Positions 39,128 through 48,100 of a DNA stretch of 56,069 nucleotides are shown in pieces. The notes below the pieces were generated by a model. That model made no database searches, was not told the origin of the DNA, and was given only the letters and a program-made list of their open reading frames with translations. Within the stretch, counting starts at the first letter, position 1. Each line of letters opens with the position of its first letter. The stretch comes from an uncultured Desulfobacterales bacterium. GTDB taxonomy: Bacteria; Desulfobacterota; Desulfobacteria; Desulfobacterales; SURF-7. The stretch spans positions 1 through 56,069 of the forward strand of contig CAZTYY010000001.1 of assembly GCA_964617785.1 (NCBI GenBank), written 5' to 3'. Made by a program: the position numbers and the translations under genes.

Positions 39128-41151
39128 AAAAAGTAAAGATTAAGCATATACGAAATATAGGGGTTATCGCCCATATAGATGCTGGAAAGACAACTGTAAC
39201 GGAACGTATTCTTTATTACACCGGCCGATCCCATAAAATCGGAGAAGTTCATGATGGTGAAGCAGTGATGGACTGGATGGTTGACGAACAGGAACGCGGC
39301 ATCACAATCACGTCAGCAGTAACAACATGTGAATGGAATGGAATGGAAATACAGATAATTGACACGCCCGGCCATGTCGATTTTACAATCGAAGTTGAAC
39401 GATCACTCAGGGTACTGGACGGAGCTGTCGGCGTTTTCTGCGCTGTCGGCGGTGTTGAGCCCCAGTCGGAAACCGTTTGGCATCAGGCTGACAAATATTC
39501 TGTTCCCAAAATTGCATTTGTCAATAAAATGGACCGGATCGGCGCTGATTTTTTTAACGTCATTGAAATGATGAAAGACCGGTTAAACGCAAGGCCTCTG
39601 ATCATTCAATTGCCTGTCGGCTCGGAAGACAGATTCAGTGGTGTTGTAGATCTAATAGAAATGAAGCAGATTGTTTGGGATGATGAATCAATTGACGCAA
39701 ATTTTTCTAAAACAGAAATACCGGACGATCTGTTGACGTCTGCCCATGAGCACAGAGAAAAGCTTGTGGAGTCAGTCGCTGAAGTAGATGATGAAATTAT
39801 GGAAGTGTATCTGTCGGAAGAAGCAGTAGATACCTCCAAATTACTTGAAGCCATCAGAAAGGCAACCATAGATTTAAAATTTGTCCCTGTTCTTTGCGGC
39901 AGTGCGTTAAAAAATAAAGGTGTTCAGCCCCTTCTGGATGCCATTGTAAATTTTTTGCCCAGCCCGGCAGACGTGCCGCCTGTTTTCGGTATAAACCCGG
40001 AAACAGGAGAGGCTGTTGAATGCTCTCCTGAAAAATCACATCTTTCAGCTCTGATTTTTAAAATAGCGATGCTCGAGGGCAGAAAACTGGCCTTTGTAAG
40101 GATATACAGCGGCAAGCTGAAGACGGGATGCGATGTGTTTAATCCGTCTACCAAAAAAAAAGAGAAGCTTTCAAGACTACTCAGAATGCATGCCAATAAA
40201 AAAGAACGGGTTGATGAAGCAGGTGCAGGCAGCATCCTCGGCGTTGTCGGTTTAAAGGAGTCTTCCACAGGCGAGTCACTCTGCAGCAGTGAATATCCGG
40301 TTCTTCTGGAACAAATTGAATTTTACAAACCGGTTATTTCCGTTGCAATTGAACCTAAAACCCATAGTGACCAGGAGAAGCTTGAAGAGGTTCTTGACAA
40401 ATATCTTTCAGAGGATCCGACCCTAAAAGTAAAACAGGACAAGGACACAGGGCAGACTATTTTATCGGGCATGGGCGAACTTCATCTTGAAATTGTTGTC
40501 AGCAGAATGCTCAGAGAATTTAAGACCAGCGTGAATGTCGGAAAACCACAGGTTGTATATAGAGAGACAATCGAAAAGAAAGCTGAGGCAACACAAACTT
40601 TTGACAGAGAAATAAGCGGCCAACGACACTATGGCGAAGTCAGAATAAAGCTTAAGCCCCTTCCAAGAGGAACAGGCAACAAGTTCAAAAGCAGTATAAC
40701 AAATGAAACGATTCCTGACGCCTTTATACCGGCTATTGAAAAAGGTGTCACGGAATCTTTTGAAAGCGGTTCGGCAATGGGTTATCCGGTAGTGGATGTT
40801 GAAGCTGTGGTTATCGGAGGGTCATTCAAGGAATCGAACGGAACAGAACTGGCATATACCGTCAGTGCTTCAATGGCTGTAAAAGAGGCTCTCTCAAAGG
40901 GAGAGCCATTTCTGCTTGAACCTATTATGAAAATTGAAATGCTTGTGCCTGAAGCGTTTGTGGGGGAGGTGATTGGTGACATTAACTCCCGTGGAGGTAA
41001 AATCGAAAACCTTGAGCCAAAAGCTGATACTCAGATTATCAGTGCAAGCGCCCCGCTGTCAAACATGTTTGGCTATTCCACTTCTCTCAGGTCTGCCACA
41101 CAAGGAAGAGGAACTTTTACGATGCAGTTTTCACATTTTGATAAAACTTAA
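39124..41151 (+). CDS. fusA: elongation factor G paralogue (EF-G2-like translational GTPase)
   Basis: 675 aa. G1 [10 protein letters not shown]3 [13 protein letters not shown], and EF-G domains II-V. Not in an rpsL-rpsG-fusA context. The ATG overlaps the upstream stop (ATGA). Confidence 0.9.
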   Translation: MKKVKIKHIRNIGVIAHIDAGKTTVTERILYYTGRSHKIGEVHDGEAVMDWMVDEQERGITITSAVTTCEWNGMEIQIIDTPGHVDFTIEVERSLRVLDGAVGVFCAVGGVEPQSETVWHQADKYSVPKIAFVNKMDRIGADFFNVIEMMKDRLNARPLIIQLPVGSEDRFSGVVDLIEMKQIVWDDESIDANFSKTEIPDDLLTSAHEHREKLVESVAEVDDEIMEVYLSEEAVDTSKLLEAIRKATIDLKFVPVLCGSALKNKGVQPLLDAIVNFLPSPADVPPVFGINPETGEAVECSPEKSHLSALIFKIAMLEGRKLAFVRIYSGKLKTGCDVFNPSTKKKEKLSRLLRMHANKKERVDEAGAGSILGVVGLKESSTGESLCSSEYPVLLEQIEFYKPVISVAIEPKTHSDQEKLEEVLDKYLSEDPTLKVKQDKDTGQTILSGMGELHLEIVVSRMLREFKTSVNVGKPQVVYRETIEKKAEATQTFDREISGQRHYGEVRIKLKPLPRGTGNKFKSSITNETIPDAFIPAIEKGVTESFESGSAMGYPVVDVEAVVIGGSFKESNGTELAYTVSASMAVKEALSKGEPFLLEPIMKIEMLVPEAFVGEVIGDINSRGGKIENLEPKADTQIISASAPLSNMFGYSTSLRSATQGRGTFTMQFSHFDKT

Positions 41152-41152
41152 T

Positions 41153-41770
41153 TTAATGCACGCCCGCCTTGTGAAACATTTTTTCCAGATTCAACTGATT
41201 GATTACAACGGTACACAATTCGCTAAGAACTTTATCCGCGCCATCCGTACTGATTATTTTAATTCGCTCTCCGCTGCCGCTTATTTCTTCACGGGCTCGA
41301 ATGTCATCTCCGGTTAGTAGTTGTGCTTCGTAGGCGATCTTGGCTTTCCAGCTGCCATCGATAAAATTGAGCTTAAATGTGTTTAACATCAACTTAAGCG
41401 TTACATTCGTTTCATTCGGATTTTGGCTGACCGTTGCCCCCATGCTCTCAAGCCGTTTGCGCAGGATTTGCTGAAATAGTTCCGACAAATCAAACAATTT
41501 ACTTTGTTCGGGTTTTTTATCAGTATCTGTTTGAAAGGTAAATTTACCCGTAAAATCAGCTAACTGCCCTTTTGCTGCTTTGTCCAGCAAATGTATATCC
41601 GAGCGCTTATCGACAAAATCGATGCCGGCTTTTATGCCCTCTAACGTTCTATTTGAAGGCGGCAAATTATATCTGATATTCAAGGCCGGCTTGGCTGCAC
41701 AGGCAACAATTCCTAAAAAAGACAAGATGATGCACAAAACCGCCAACAGTTGTTTAGTGTTCTTTTTCAT
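41153..41770 (-). CDS. hypothetical lipoprotein
   Basis: The ATG at 41770 is preceded by GGAGGAGGAG. Signal peptide with lipobox (LGIVAC). The longer ORF to 41857 would overlap the M48 gene. Confidence 0.6.
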   Translation of the reverse strand: MKKNTKQLLAVLCIILSFLGIVACAAKPALNIRYNLPPSNRTLEGIKAGIDFVDKRSDIHLLDKAAKGQLADFTGKFTFQTDTDKKPEQSKLFDLSELFQQILRKRLESMGATVSQNPNETNVTLKLMLNTFKLNFIDGSWKAKIAYEAQLLTGDDIRAREEISGSGERIKIISTDGADKVLSELCTVVINQLNLEKMFHKAGVH

Positions 41771-41831
41771 ACTCGCTCCTCCTCCAATCTCATCTTGAAT
41801 GCAATTCAGTTCGCTGTTTGCTTTCTCCGAT

Positions 41832-43238
41832 TTAATCGGCTTTTGGGTCAATATCAACGCCGACAGACTTTAAAATTTTCTCGGCTTTCTGCTTTTTTTT
41901 CATTGCAGTCAAATACTTAACCGCTCTTTTTAAATGGAATGCGGCATTCCTGCTCTGCCTTTTTTTCCAGTAATACATCCCCAGATAATAATGCGCTTCG
42001 CCCAACATCTCCTGTTCGCCATAAATGACTCCAAGGTGGTAGTATGCCTTGGTAAAATCAGGATTTTCAGACAAGAGCTGTTCAAATTCCGATATTGCCT
42101 GTTTTGTTTTGCCGAGTTCCTTAAGGGTACGACCGAGATAAAAGCGAACTTCAGAATCACTGGAAGAAGGACTTGCAGCTTCCTTAAGTATGAGATAAGC
42201 CTCTTTATAACTCCCATTAAGGAAATACACACGGCCGAGTTCTCTAATTACCGTCTGGTCAAGCGGTTTATTTTCCAAGGCTTTTCTAAGGTGTTTGACA
42301 GATCCTATATTATCTCCGGCTCTGGCAAGAACAAGACCGTAACCATAGTGTGAAAGATATTGATCCGGATGGTTTTTAACAGCTGTTTCAAACTTTTTTC
42401 TTGCTATCCTTTCTTCTCCATAAAGTGCGGTCAAACGTGTTTGCATAACGATAAATTTTGATGTTTCAGGCTGGGATAAGTCGACCGGCTTTTCTTTTAT
42501 ACATGCGCTTATATAGGCGATCCGGTCTTCGGATGCAGGATGTGTGGTCAGGTATGTCGGTATTTGATCAGACCCATACCAGTTTCTATTCCTTATTTTT
42601 TTTAACGTTTTTAAAAGCCCATCCTCTGTATACCCTACTTTTAAAAGATATTTTAGCGCGATCATGTCTGCTTCCATTTCATGCTCACGGCTATATGCCA
42701 ATGAAATCGATGCGCCGGCTGCTATTGAGCTGACTGTCACGGCAGAGGCCGCAGTAGACGCCCCGCCGACACCTAAAAAGATTCCTGTTGCGATACCTGC
42801 AAGGGTCAGAAGGGTTGTCTTTTTTGAGCTTTCCACCATTTCGGAAATATGCCGGCAGGCAACGTGAGAAATCTCATGAGCCAGTATACCGGCCAGTTCA
42901 TTCTCGCTATCCATCCCTTCCAATAAGCCGCTATTAATAAAAATATGTCCTGCCGGTCCTGCAAATGCATTATAAACATCTTGCCGAATAACATAAAAAT
43001 GATAATTAAAAGGCGGGGCTGGGAGTTGGGCTACAATTTTTTGTCCTACCCTGTTCACATAGTCTGCTATTGCCGGGTCTTCAATTATGTCATAGTGCTT
43101 TAAGGCGATTTTTAAAAATTCTTTCGAAAGTTCTTCTTCCTCTTCTATGGTAATTCCGGCTGCGTTGCCCGGGAAAACACAGCTCCATAAAAAGAAAAAT
43201 GAAAAAAATATGGTTGATAGTTTGGCAATACAATTCAT
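41832..43238 (-). CDS. M48-family zinc metalloprotease with C-terminal TPR repeats (BepA/YfgC-like)
   Basis: 468 aa. Signal peptide, HEISHV HExxH motif, several TPR-like repeats in the C-terminal half. Confidence 0.85.
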   Translation of the reverse strand: MNCIAKLSTIFFSFFFLWSCVFPGNAAGITIEEEEELSKEFLKIALKHYDIIEDPAIADYVNRVGQKIVAQLPAPPFNYHFYVIRQDVYNAFAGPAGHIFINSGLLEGMDSENELAGILAHEISHVACRHISEMVESSKKTTLLTLAGIATGIFLGVGGASTAASAVTVSSIAAGASISLAYSREHEMEADMIALKYLLKVGYTEDGLLKTLKKIRNRNWYGSDQIPTYLTTHPASEDRIAYISACIKEKPVDLSQPETSKFIVMQTRLTALYGEERIARKKFETAVKNHPDQYLSHYGYGLVLARAGDNIGSVKHLRKALENKPLDQTVIRELGRVYFLNGSYKEAYLILKEAASPSSSDSEVRFYLGRTLKELGKTKQAISEFEQLLSENPDFTKAYYHLGVIYGEQEMLGEAHYYLGMYYWKKRQSRNAAFHLKRAVKYLTAMKKKQKAEKILKSVGVDIDPKAD

Positions 43239-43313
43239 ATGGTTATGTGACCTTCTAAAACACCATCAATCTTCTTTCCAAAGTTTTTGTTTTATGTTAG
43301 ATAGAATTCCATT

Positions 43314-44093
43314 ATGACACAAATTATTTGCATAGCCAACCAGAAAGGCGGGGTCGGCAAAACGACAACTGCAGTCAATCTGGCGTCCGCCCTGGCAGTC
43401 AGATCAAAAAAGACGCTCCTTGTTGACTGTGACCCCCAGGGAAATGCGACAACAGGAATCGGAATTGACAAGGCAGGTCTCGACAAAACACTTTACCATT
43501 GTATGATAGGTGAAGCAGCACCACATGAGATCATTATTAACACCGCCATAAAAAAATTAAAAGTCATCCCTTCCAGAGTCGAGCTTATCGGATTTGAAGT
43601 TGAGATGATGTCATACCCTTCCAGAGAAAATATTTTAAAAGGCCTGCTCGACCAGGTAAAAGAATTATTCGAGTACGTTATCATCGATTGTCCCCCTTCG
43701 CTCAGTTTGCTGACCCTCAATGCAATGACTGCGGCTGACTCAGTACTGATCCCTTTGCAATGTGAATTTTATGCACTTGAGGGACTTGGCCAATTGTTAA
43801 GGACCATTAAAAAAATTAAGCAGGGATTAAACCCCGACCTCAGAATTTTTGGAATACTGCTGACCATGTTTGACAAACGGACAAACCTCTCATATCAAGT
43901 CACTGAAGAAGTGGAAAAATACTTTAAAAGCTTACTTTTTAAAACAAAAATTCCCAGAAATGTGAGACTGAGCGAAGCTCCCAGTTTTGGACAACCGATA
44001 GTCGTTTATGACAAATCATCGGCAGGAGCAAAAAGCTATATGAGGCTGGCGGGTGAAATGATAAATGCCGGTCGGACGATGGCCGGAAATTGA
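43314..44093 (+). CDS. parA: ParA/Soj chromosome-partitioning ATPase
   Basis: 259 aa. Deviant Walker A NQKGGVGKTT and typical ParA motifs. Confidence 0.9.
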   Translation: MTQIICIANQKGGVGKTTTAVNLASALAVRSKKTLLVDCDPQGNATTGIGIDKAGLDKTLYHCMIGEAAPHEIIINTAIKKLKVIPSRVELIGFEVEMMSYPSRENILKGLLDQVKELFEYVIIDCPPSLSLLTLNAMTAADSVLIPLQCEFYALEGLGQLLRTIKKIKQGLNPDLRIFGILLTMFDKRTNLSYQVTEEVEKYFKSLLFKTKIPRNVRLSEAPSFGQPIVVYDKSSAGAKSYMRLAGEMINAGRTMAGN

Positions 44094-44110
44094 TAACACC
44101 TGAGGGCAAT

Positions 44111-45016
44111 ATGAAAAAAAAGCGCACAATGGCAAAAAAAACTGTTTCAGATAGCAAAAACCACAAAAAAAATGCCCTTGGCAGGGGACTCGACGCCCTT
44201 TTTCCGGATATCATGGATAGTGTTGACAGCAAGGATTCAGAATATTTTCTGTGCGATATTGACATCATAAAACCCAATCGATATCAACCCAGAAGAACAT
44301 TTTCAAAAGATGATCTGGAAGAACTTAGCAGTTCAATAAAAGAACAGGGGGTTATTCAACCGATTATTGTCAGAAAAAATGACACCGGGTACGAATTGAT
44401 TGCAGGAGAAAGAAGGCTCAGGGCATCAAAAGCATCCGGCCTTAAAAAAATTCCGGTAATTGTTAAAAATGCAACGGATATAGAACTTTTGCAAATGTCG
44501 ATTGTAGAAAATATTCAGCGCCAGGACCTGAACCCAATGGAAGAGGCAGAAGCTTATAAGCGAATGATGGATGAATTCAGCCTGACTCAAGAACAGACTG
44601 CAAAAAAAATAGGAAAAAGCAGACCGGCTGTGGCAAATTTTTTAAGACTATGCCGACTTCCCGAAGAAATCAAAGCACGGTTGAGAGATAAAGCCCTCAG
44701 CATGGGACATGCACGAGCACTTCTTGGTATAGATACATCCGCCAAATTAAATGCTGCATTTCATACGGTTGTTTCTAAAGGGCTATCCGTTAGAGAAACA
44801 GAAGCGCTTGTAAAAAAACTGAAATCAAAAAAGAAGCCGCTAAAGAAAACATCTGGAACTTCTAATGACATCTATTTTTTAAGTCTTGCTGAAGAGCTTT
44901 CACGCCAACTTGGAACCAAGGTTAAAATAAAACGCAAAGGACAAAAAGGAAAGGTCGAGATAGAATTTTACAACAACGCTGACCTTGACAGGCTGCTCGA
45001 TATACTTAAAGATTAA
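44111..45016 (+). CDS. parB: ParB/Spo0J partition protein
   Basis: GRGLDALF N-terminal box, ParB box IVRK...YELIAGERRLRA, HTH region. The ATG at 44111 follows GAGGG. The ORF opens at TTG 44090, overlapping the parA stop. Confidence 0.9.
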   Translation: MKKKRTMAKKTVSDSKNHKKNALGRGLDALFPDIMDSVDSKDSEYFLCDIDIIKPNRYQPRRTFSKDDLEELSSSIKEQGVIQPIIVRKNDTGYELIAGERRLRASKASGLKKIPVIVKNATDIELLQMSIVENIQRQDLNPMEEAEAYKRMMDEFSLTQEQTAKKIGKSRPAVANFLRLCRLPEEIKARLRDKALSMGHARALLGIDTSAKLNAAFHTVVSKGLSVRETEALVKKLKSKKKPLKKTSGTSNDIYFLSLAEELSRQLGTKVKIKRKGQKGKVEIEFYNNADLDRLLDILKD

Positions 45017-45040
45017 TGCTTTTTAATTTTTTACTTCAGT

Positions 45041-45562
45041 ATGGCTATTCACATTATAATAGACGGATATAATCTGATTCGACAGTCCAACACATTAAGC
45101 ATGCTCGACCAACAGGACATTCAAACCGGTCGTGATGCACTTATTGATCTTTTGGCGGCATATAAAAAAATAAAAGCACATAAGATTACTGTTGTCTTTG
45201 ACGGTGCCAATGCCCCTGTTTTTTCAAACCGAAATGACAGTATGAAAGGGATTAAAATCAAGTTTTCAGGACAAGGCGAAACCGCAGATACCGTTATCAA
45301 AAAAATGGCGGCCTCCAAAAGAGAAAGAGCGCTTGTCGTGACTTCAGACAAAGATATTATCGATTTTGTATCGTCCCGGGGCGCTACCACAATCTGCTCC
45401 ACAGAGTTTGAAGAAAAAATGCTGATGGCGGATTATATGATGCTAAAGGGCGTCCGGGGCGAAGATGAAAACGGCTGGAAACCGACAACCAAAAAAAAAG
45501 GGCCGAAAAGGCGTCTTTCAAAAAAGGAGAGACAAAACAGGATCAAGACAAAAAAACTATAG
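45041..45562 (+). CDS. NYN-domain (YacP/Rae1-like) predicted RNA-binding nuclease
   Basis: 173 aa. N-terminal IIIDGYNLIRQ and VVFDG motifs typical of YacP-like NYN proteins. Basic C-terminal tail. Confidence 0.7.
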   Translation: MAIHIIIDGYNLIRQSNTLSMLDQQDIQTGRDALIDLLAAYKKIKAHKITVVFDGANAPVFSNRNDSMKGIKIKFSGQGETADTVIKKMAASKRERALVVTSDKDIIDFVSSRGATTICSTEFEEKMLMADYMMLKGVRGEDENGWKPTTKKKGPKRRLSKKERQNRIKTKKL

Positions 45563-45571
45563 GAAACCTTA

Positions 45572-45988
45572 ATGAAACGAATATGCATTATTGACGGTCA
45601 GGGCGGCGGAATCGGAAGTGCTACAATTAAAAAGCTCAGGGATGTTTTTGAAGAATCAATTGAGATTGTTGCACTCGGGACAAACGCCATTGCAACAGCC
45701 CAGATGCTTAAAGCCAGAGCAAACTGCGGAGCGTCAGGTGAAAACGCCATTGTTCAGACAGTAAAAAATGTCGATGTGATCATCGGTTCGATATCCATTA
45801 TTATAGCTCATGCCATGATGGGGGAAGTCACTCCAAAAATGGCTGAGGCGGTTGCAAAAAGCCCGGCAAAAAAAATACTTCTTCCACTCTCACAGGAAAA
45901 TATAGAAATAGCTGGCCTTAGCAAGATACCCCTGCCCCATTTGATTGAAGCGGTTGTTAAAAAAAACTTAAAAATAATAAAGGAGTAA
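45572..45988 (+). CDS. DUF3842-family protein
   Basis: 138 aa. IIDGQGGGIG...ALGTNAIAT...GASGENAI pattern as I recall it for DUF3842. Assignment from memory only. Confidence 0.55.
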   Translation: MKRICIIDGQGGGIGSATIKKLRDVFEESIEIVALGTNAIATAQMLKARANCGASGENAIVQTVKNVDVIIGSISIIIAHAMMGEVTPKMAEAVAKSPAKKILLPLSQENIEIAGLSKIPLPHLIEAVVKKNLKIIKE

Positions 45989-45992
45989 AACA

Positions 45993-46187
45993 ATGTGTGA
46001 GGCAAATGCATACCTTATTAGTGATAATGATAAACAGCTGGTCATGGAGGCTGTTGATACTGTTGCGCCTGAAAAGGACGGCGTCCGCCTGATCAGTATT
46101 TTCGGAGACCAAAAATTCATAAAGGCAAATATTTATTCTCTTGCTCTTGTTGATCATAATATTTTCCTGAAAGAAAAAGCGTCGTAA
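45993..46187 (+). CDS. CooT-family nickel-binding protein
   Basis: 64 aa beginning MCEANAYL. An N-terminal Met-Cys and this size are characteristic of the CooT family. Confidence 0.65.
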   Translation: MCEANAYLISDNDKQLVMEAVDTVAPEKDGVRLISIFGDQKFIKANIYSLALVDHNIFLKEKAS

Positions 46188-46203
46188 GGTATCCCTAACC
46201 ACT

Positions 46204-47928
46204 ATGAAAATCATAATTGCAAAAACAGCTGGTTTCTGTATGGGTGTCAGGAGAGCAGTTGATATTGCACTTGATGCTTCCAACCGTATTGATGAACCGA
46301 TTTACTCCTTTGGCCCACTCATACATAACCCCCAGGTCCTCAGCCTCCTTCAGGAAAAAGGTTTGGCGGTCATTGATCAAGTTCCCGATAAAGGAACAGG
46401 TACGGTAATAATTAGAGCCCATGGAGTGCCGCCTGGTAAAAAAACAGAGCTGGAAAAGGCAGGATATAATGTTATTGATGCAACTTGCCCCAGAGTTATC
46501 AAGGTCCAGACAATAATTGAAAAACATTCTTTACAGGGAAAAGCTATAATTATTGTTGGAGATCATGATCACCCAGAGGTAATAGGGTTATTGGGATATG
46601 CAGGAGAAAGAAAATATGTGGTGGACAGCCTGAAAACCCTGGACAATCTTCCTGTGTTCGACAAAGCCATAATCGTTGCACAGACCACGCAAAACATCCA
46701 TTTTTTTAACCAGGTAAAGGAATGGTCAAACAGAAGCGCGCCCCATTACACAATTTTTAATACAATATGTGATTCAACCGAAAAGCGTCAGGCAGAAGCA
46801 AGCAGACTTGCAGAATCCGTCGATGCCGTCATAGTTGTCGGGGGATTTGACAGCGGGAATACCAAAAGACTGGCAGAGATTGCAAACAAAGCCGGGAAAC
46901 CGTCTTTTCATGTAGAAGACGAGGCAGGACTGGATGTATCATATCTTTCAGAAGTCGAATCCATTGGCATCACTGCTGGCGCCTCTACTCCGAACTGGGT
47001 AATCAACAATATATACAGAAAGATTGAAACACTTCCTTTCAAAAAATCTAAGCGCTGGCATCATGCTGTTCTTTTAATACAGCGCATTCTGCTGATGACA
47101 AATATTTATGTTGCGATAGGTGCGGGATGCCTGACATATGCGTCTTCAAAGCTTCAGGGTATCGATAACAATTTATCATATATCATGATCGCTTTTCTGT
47201 ATGTTTTATCCATGCACACATTCAATAACCTCATCGAAACTAAAGCCGACCGCTATAATAATCCTGACAGGGCTTTTTTCTATCAGAAGAATTTTTTCCT
47301 TATGGCTTGCCTGGCCGTAGCAGCGGGCGGTATGGGTCTTCTAACAGCTTATACAAAAGGACTGATACCCTTTCTCATTCTTCTTGTCATGAGCATAATG
47401 GGCGGGATGTATAATCTAAAACTGGTGCCGGAGAAGGTTTTTTCAGTTAACTACCGGAGAATTAGGGATATTCCAGGGTCAAAAACGATCCTGATAGTCC
47501 TTGCATGGGGAGTTGTGACATCATTGTTCCCAGTGATATCCGCCAAAGGAGCGCTAAACACTGCTACCCTCCCTGTCTTAATCTGGGCCATGGGAATCGT
47601 ATTTGTGCGAACCTCTTTTTTTGATATTCTTGACATGCAGGGCGACAAAATTGTCGGAAGAGAGACATTGCCCATTTTTCTTGGCGAACAAAAAACAAGA
47701 GCGCTTCTAAAAAAACTTTTAATCTGTCTATCTGTCCTGCCGCTGCTATTTGGCTTTTTCGGACTTTTGCCTTTTTCTGCAGTCGTCCTTTTTATCGTGC
47801 CTGTTTTACTTTTTTTAATGATAAACGCAAATGAAAACAGGAAACTGCTCCCGGGATTCAGACTTGTATTCCTTGTTGAAACCGGTTTTGTCTTAGTCGG
47901 TATGCTTATATTCCTGACACTTGCTTGA
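46204..47928 (+). CDS. ispH: 4-hydroxy-3-methylbut-2-enyl diphosphate reductase (IspH/LytB) fused to a UbiA-type polytopic prenyltransferase-like domain
   Basis: Residues 1-275 are full-length IspH with three cluster Cys (FCMGV, ATCP, TICD). Residues 285-574 form several TM helices with UbiA-like motifs NNLIETKADRYNNPDR and FFDILDMQGDKIVGRETLP. One uninterrupted ORF. Confidence 0.85.
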   Translation: MKIIIAKTAGFCMGVRRAVDIALDASNRIDEPIYSFGPLIHNPQVLSLLQEKGLAVIDQVPDKGTGTVIIRAHGVPPGKKTELEKAGYNVIDATCPRVIKVQTIIEKHSLQGKAIIIVGDHDHPEVIGLLGYAGERKYVVDSLKTLDNLPVFDKAIIVAQTTQNIHFFNQVKEWSNRSAPHYTIFNTICDSTEKRQAEASRLAESVDAVIVVGGFDSGNTKRLAEIANKAGKPSFHVEDEAGLDVSYLSEVESIGITAGASTPNWVINNIYRKIETLPFKKSKRWHHAVLLIQRILLMTNIYVAIGAGCLTYASSKLQGIDNNLSYIMIAFLYVLSMHTFNNLIETKADRYNNPDRAFFYQKNFFLMACLAVAAGGMGLLTAYTKGLIPFLILLVMSIMGGMYNLKLVPEKVFSVNYRRIRDIPGSKTILIVLAWGVVTSLFPVISAKGALNTATLPVLIWAMGIVFVRTSFFDILDMQGDKIVGRETLPIFLGEQKTRALLKKLLICLSVLPLLFGFFGLLPFSAVVLFIVPVLLFLMINANENRKLLPGFRLVFLVETGFVLVGMLIFLTLA

Positions 47929-47971
47929 ACATGAATGATCCCAGAAAAAAGACAATTTAAAAAAATGAGGT

Positions 47972-47998
47972 TTGACAAATATTCAAAAATTGTATATA
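47972..47998 (+). promoter_or_regulatory. candidate sigma70 promoter upstream of the FapA-like gene
   Basis: TTGACA (47972-47977), a 15-nt spacer, then TATATA (47993-47998), with TG two bases upstream. The spacer is short, so this is weak. Confidence 0.3.
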
Positions 47999-48100
47999 GG
48001 TAATATATTGCAGTTCTTAAGATTCCGCTTTTAAAATATCTATAACCCATAAAATCAACGTCGCAGCAGAATAGTTTTATAAAGACAGGGGACTTTGTTC

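Noticed and set aside
43314-45040. Looked for parS (TGTTTCACGTGAAACA-like) sites in and around parAB.
   Set aside because: I saw only isolated half-site-like strings elsewhere (for example GTGAAACA at about 41170) and no 16-bp palindrome. A scan by eye is not exhaustive, so absence is not proven.
47451-48050. 199-aa ORF on the - strand.
   Set aside because: It is antisense to the 3' half of the ispH-ubiA fusion and runs into the intergenic promoter region. It has no RBS and no recognisable domain, so it is a shadow ORF.
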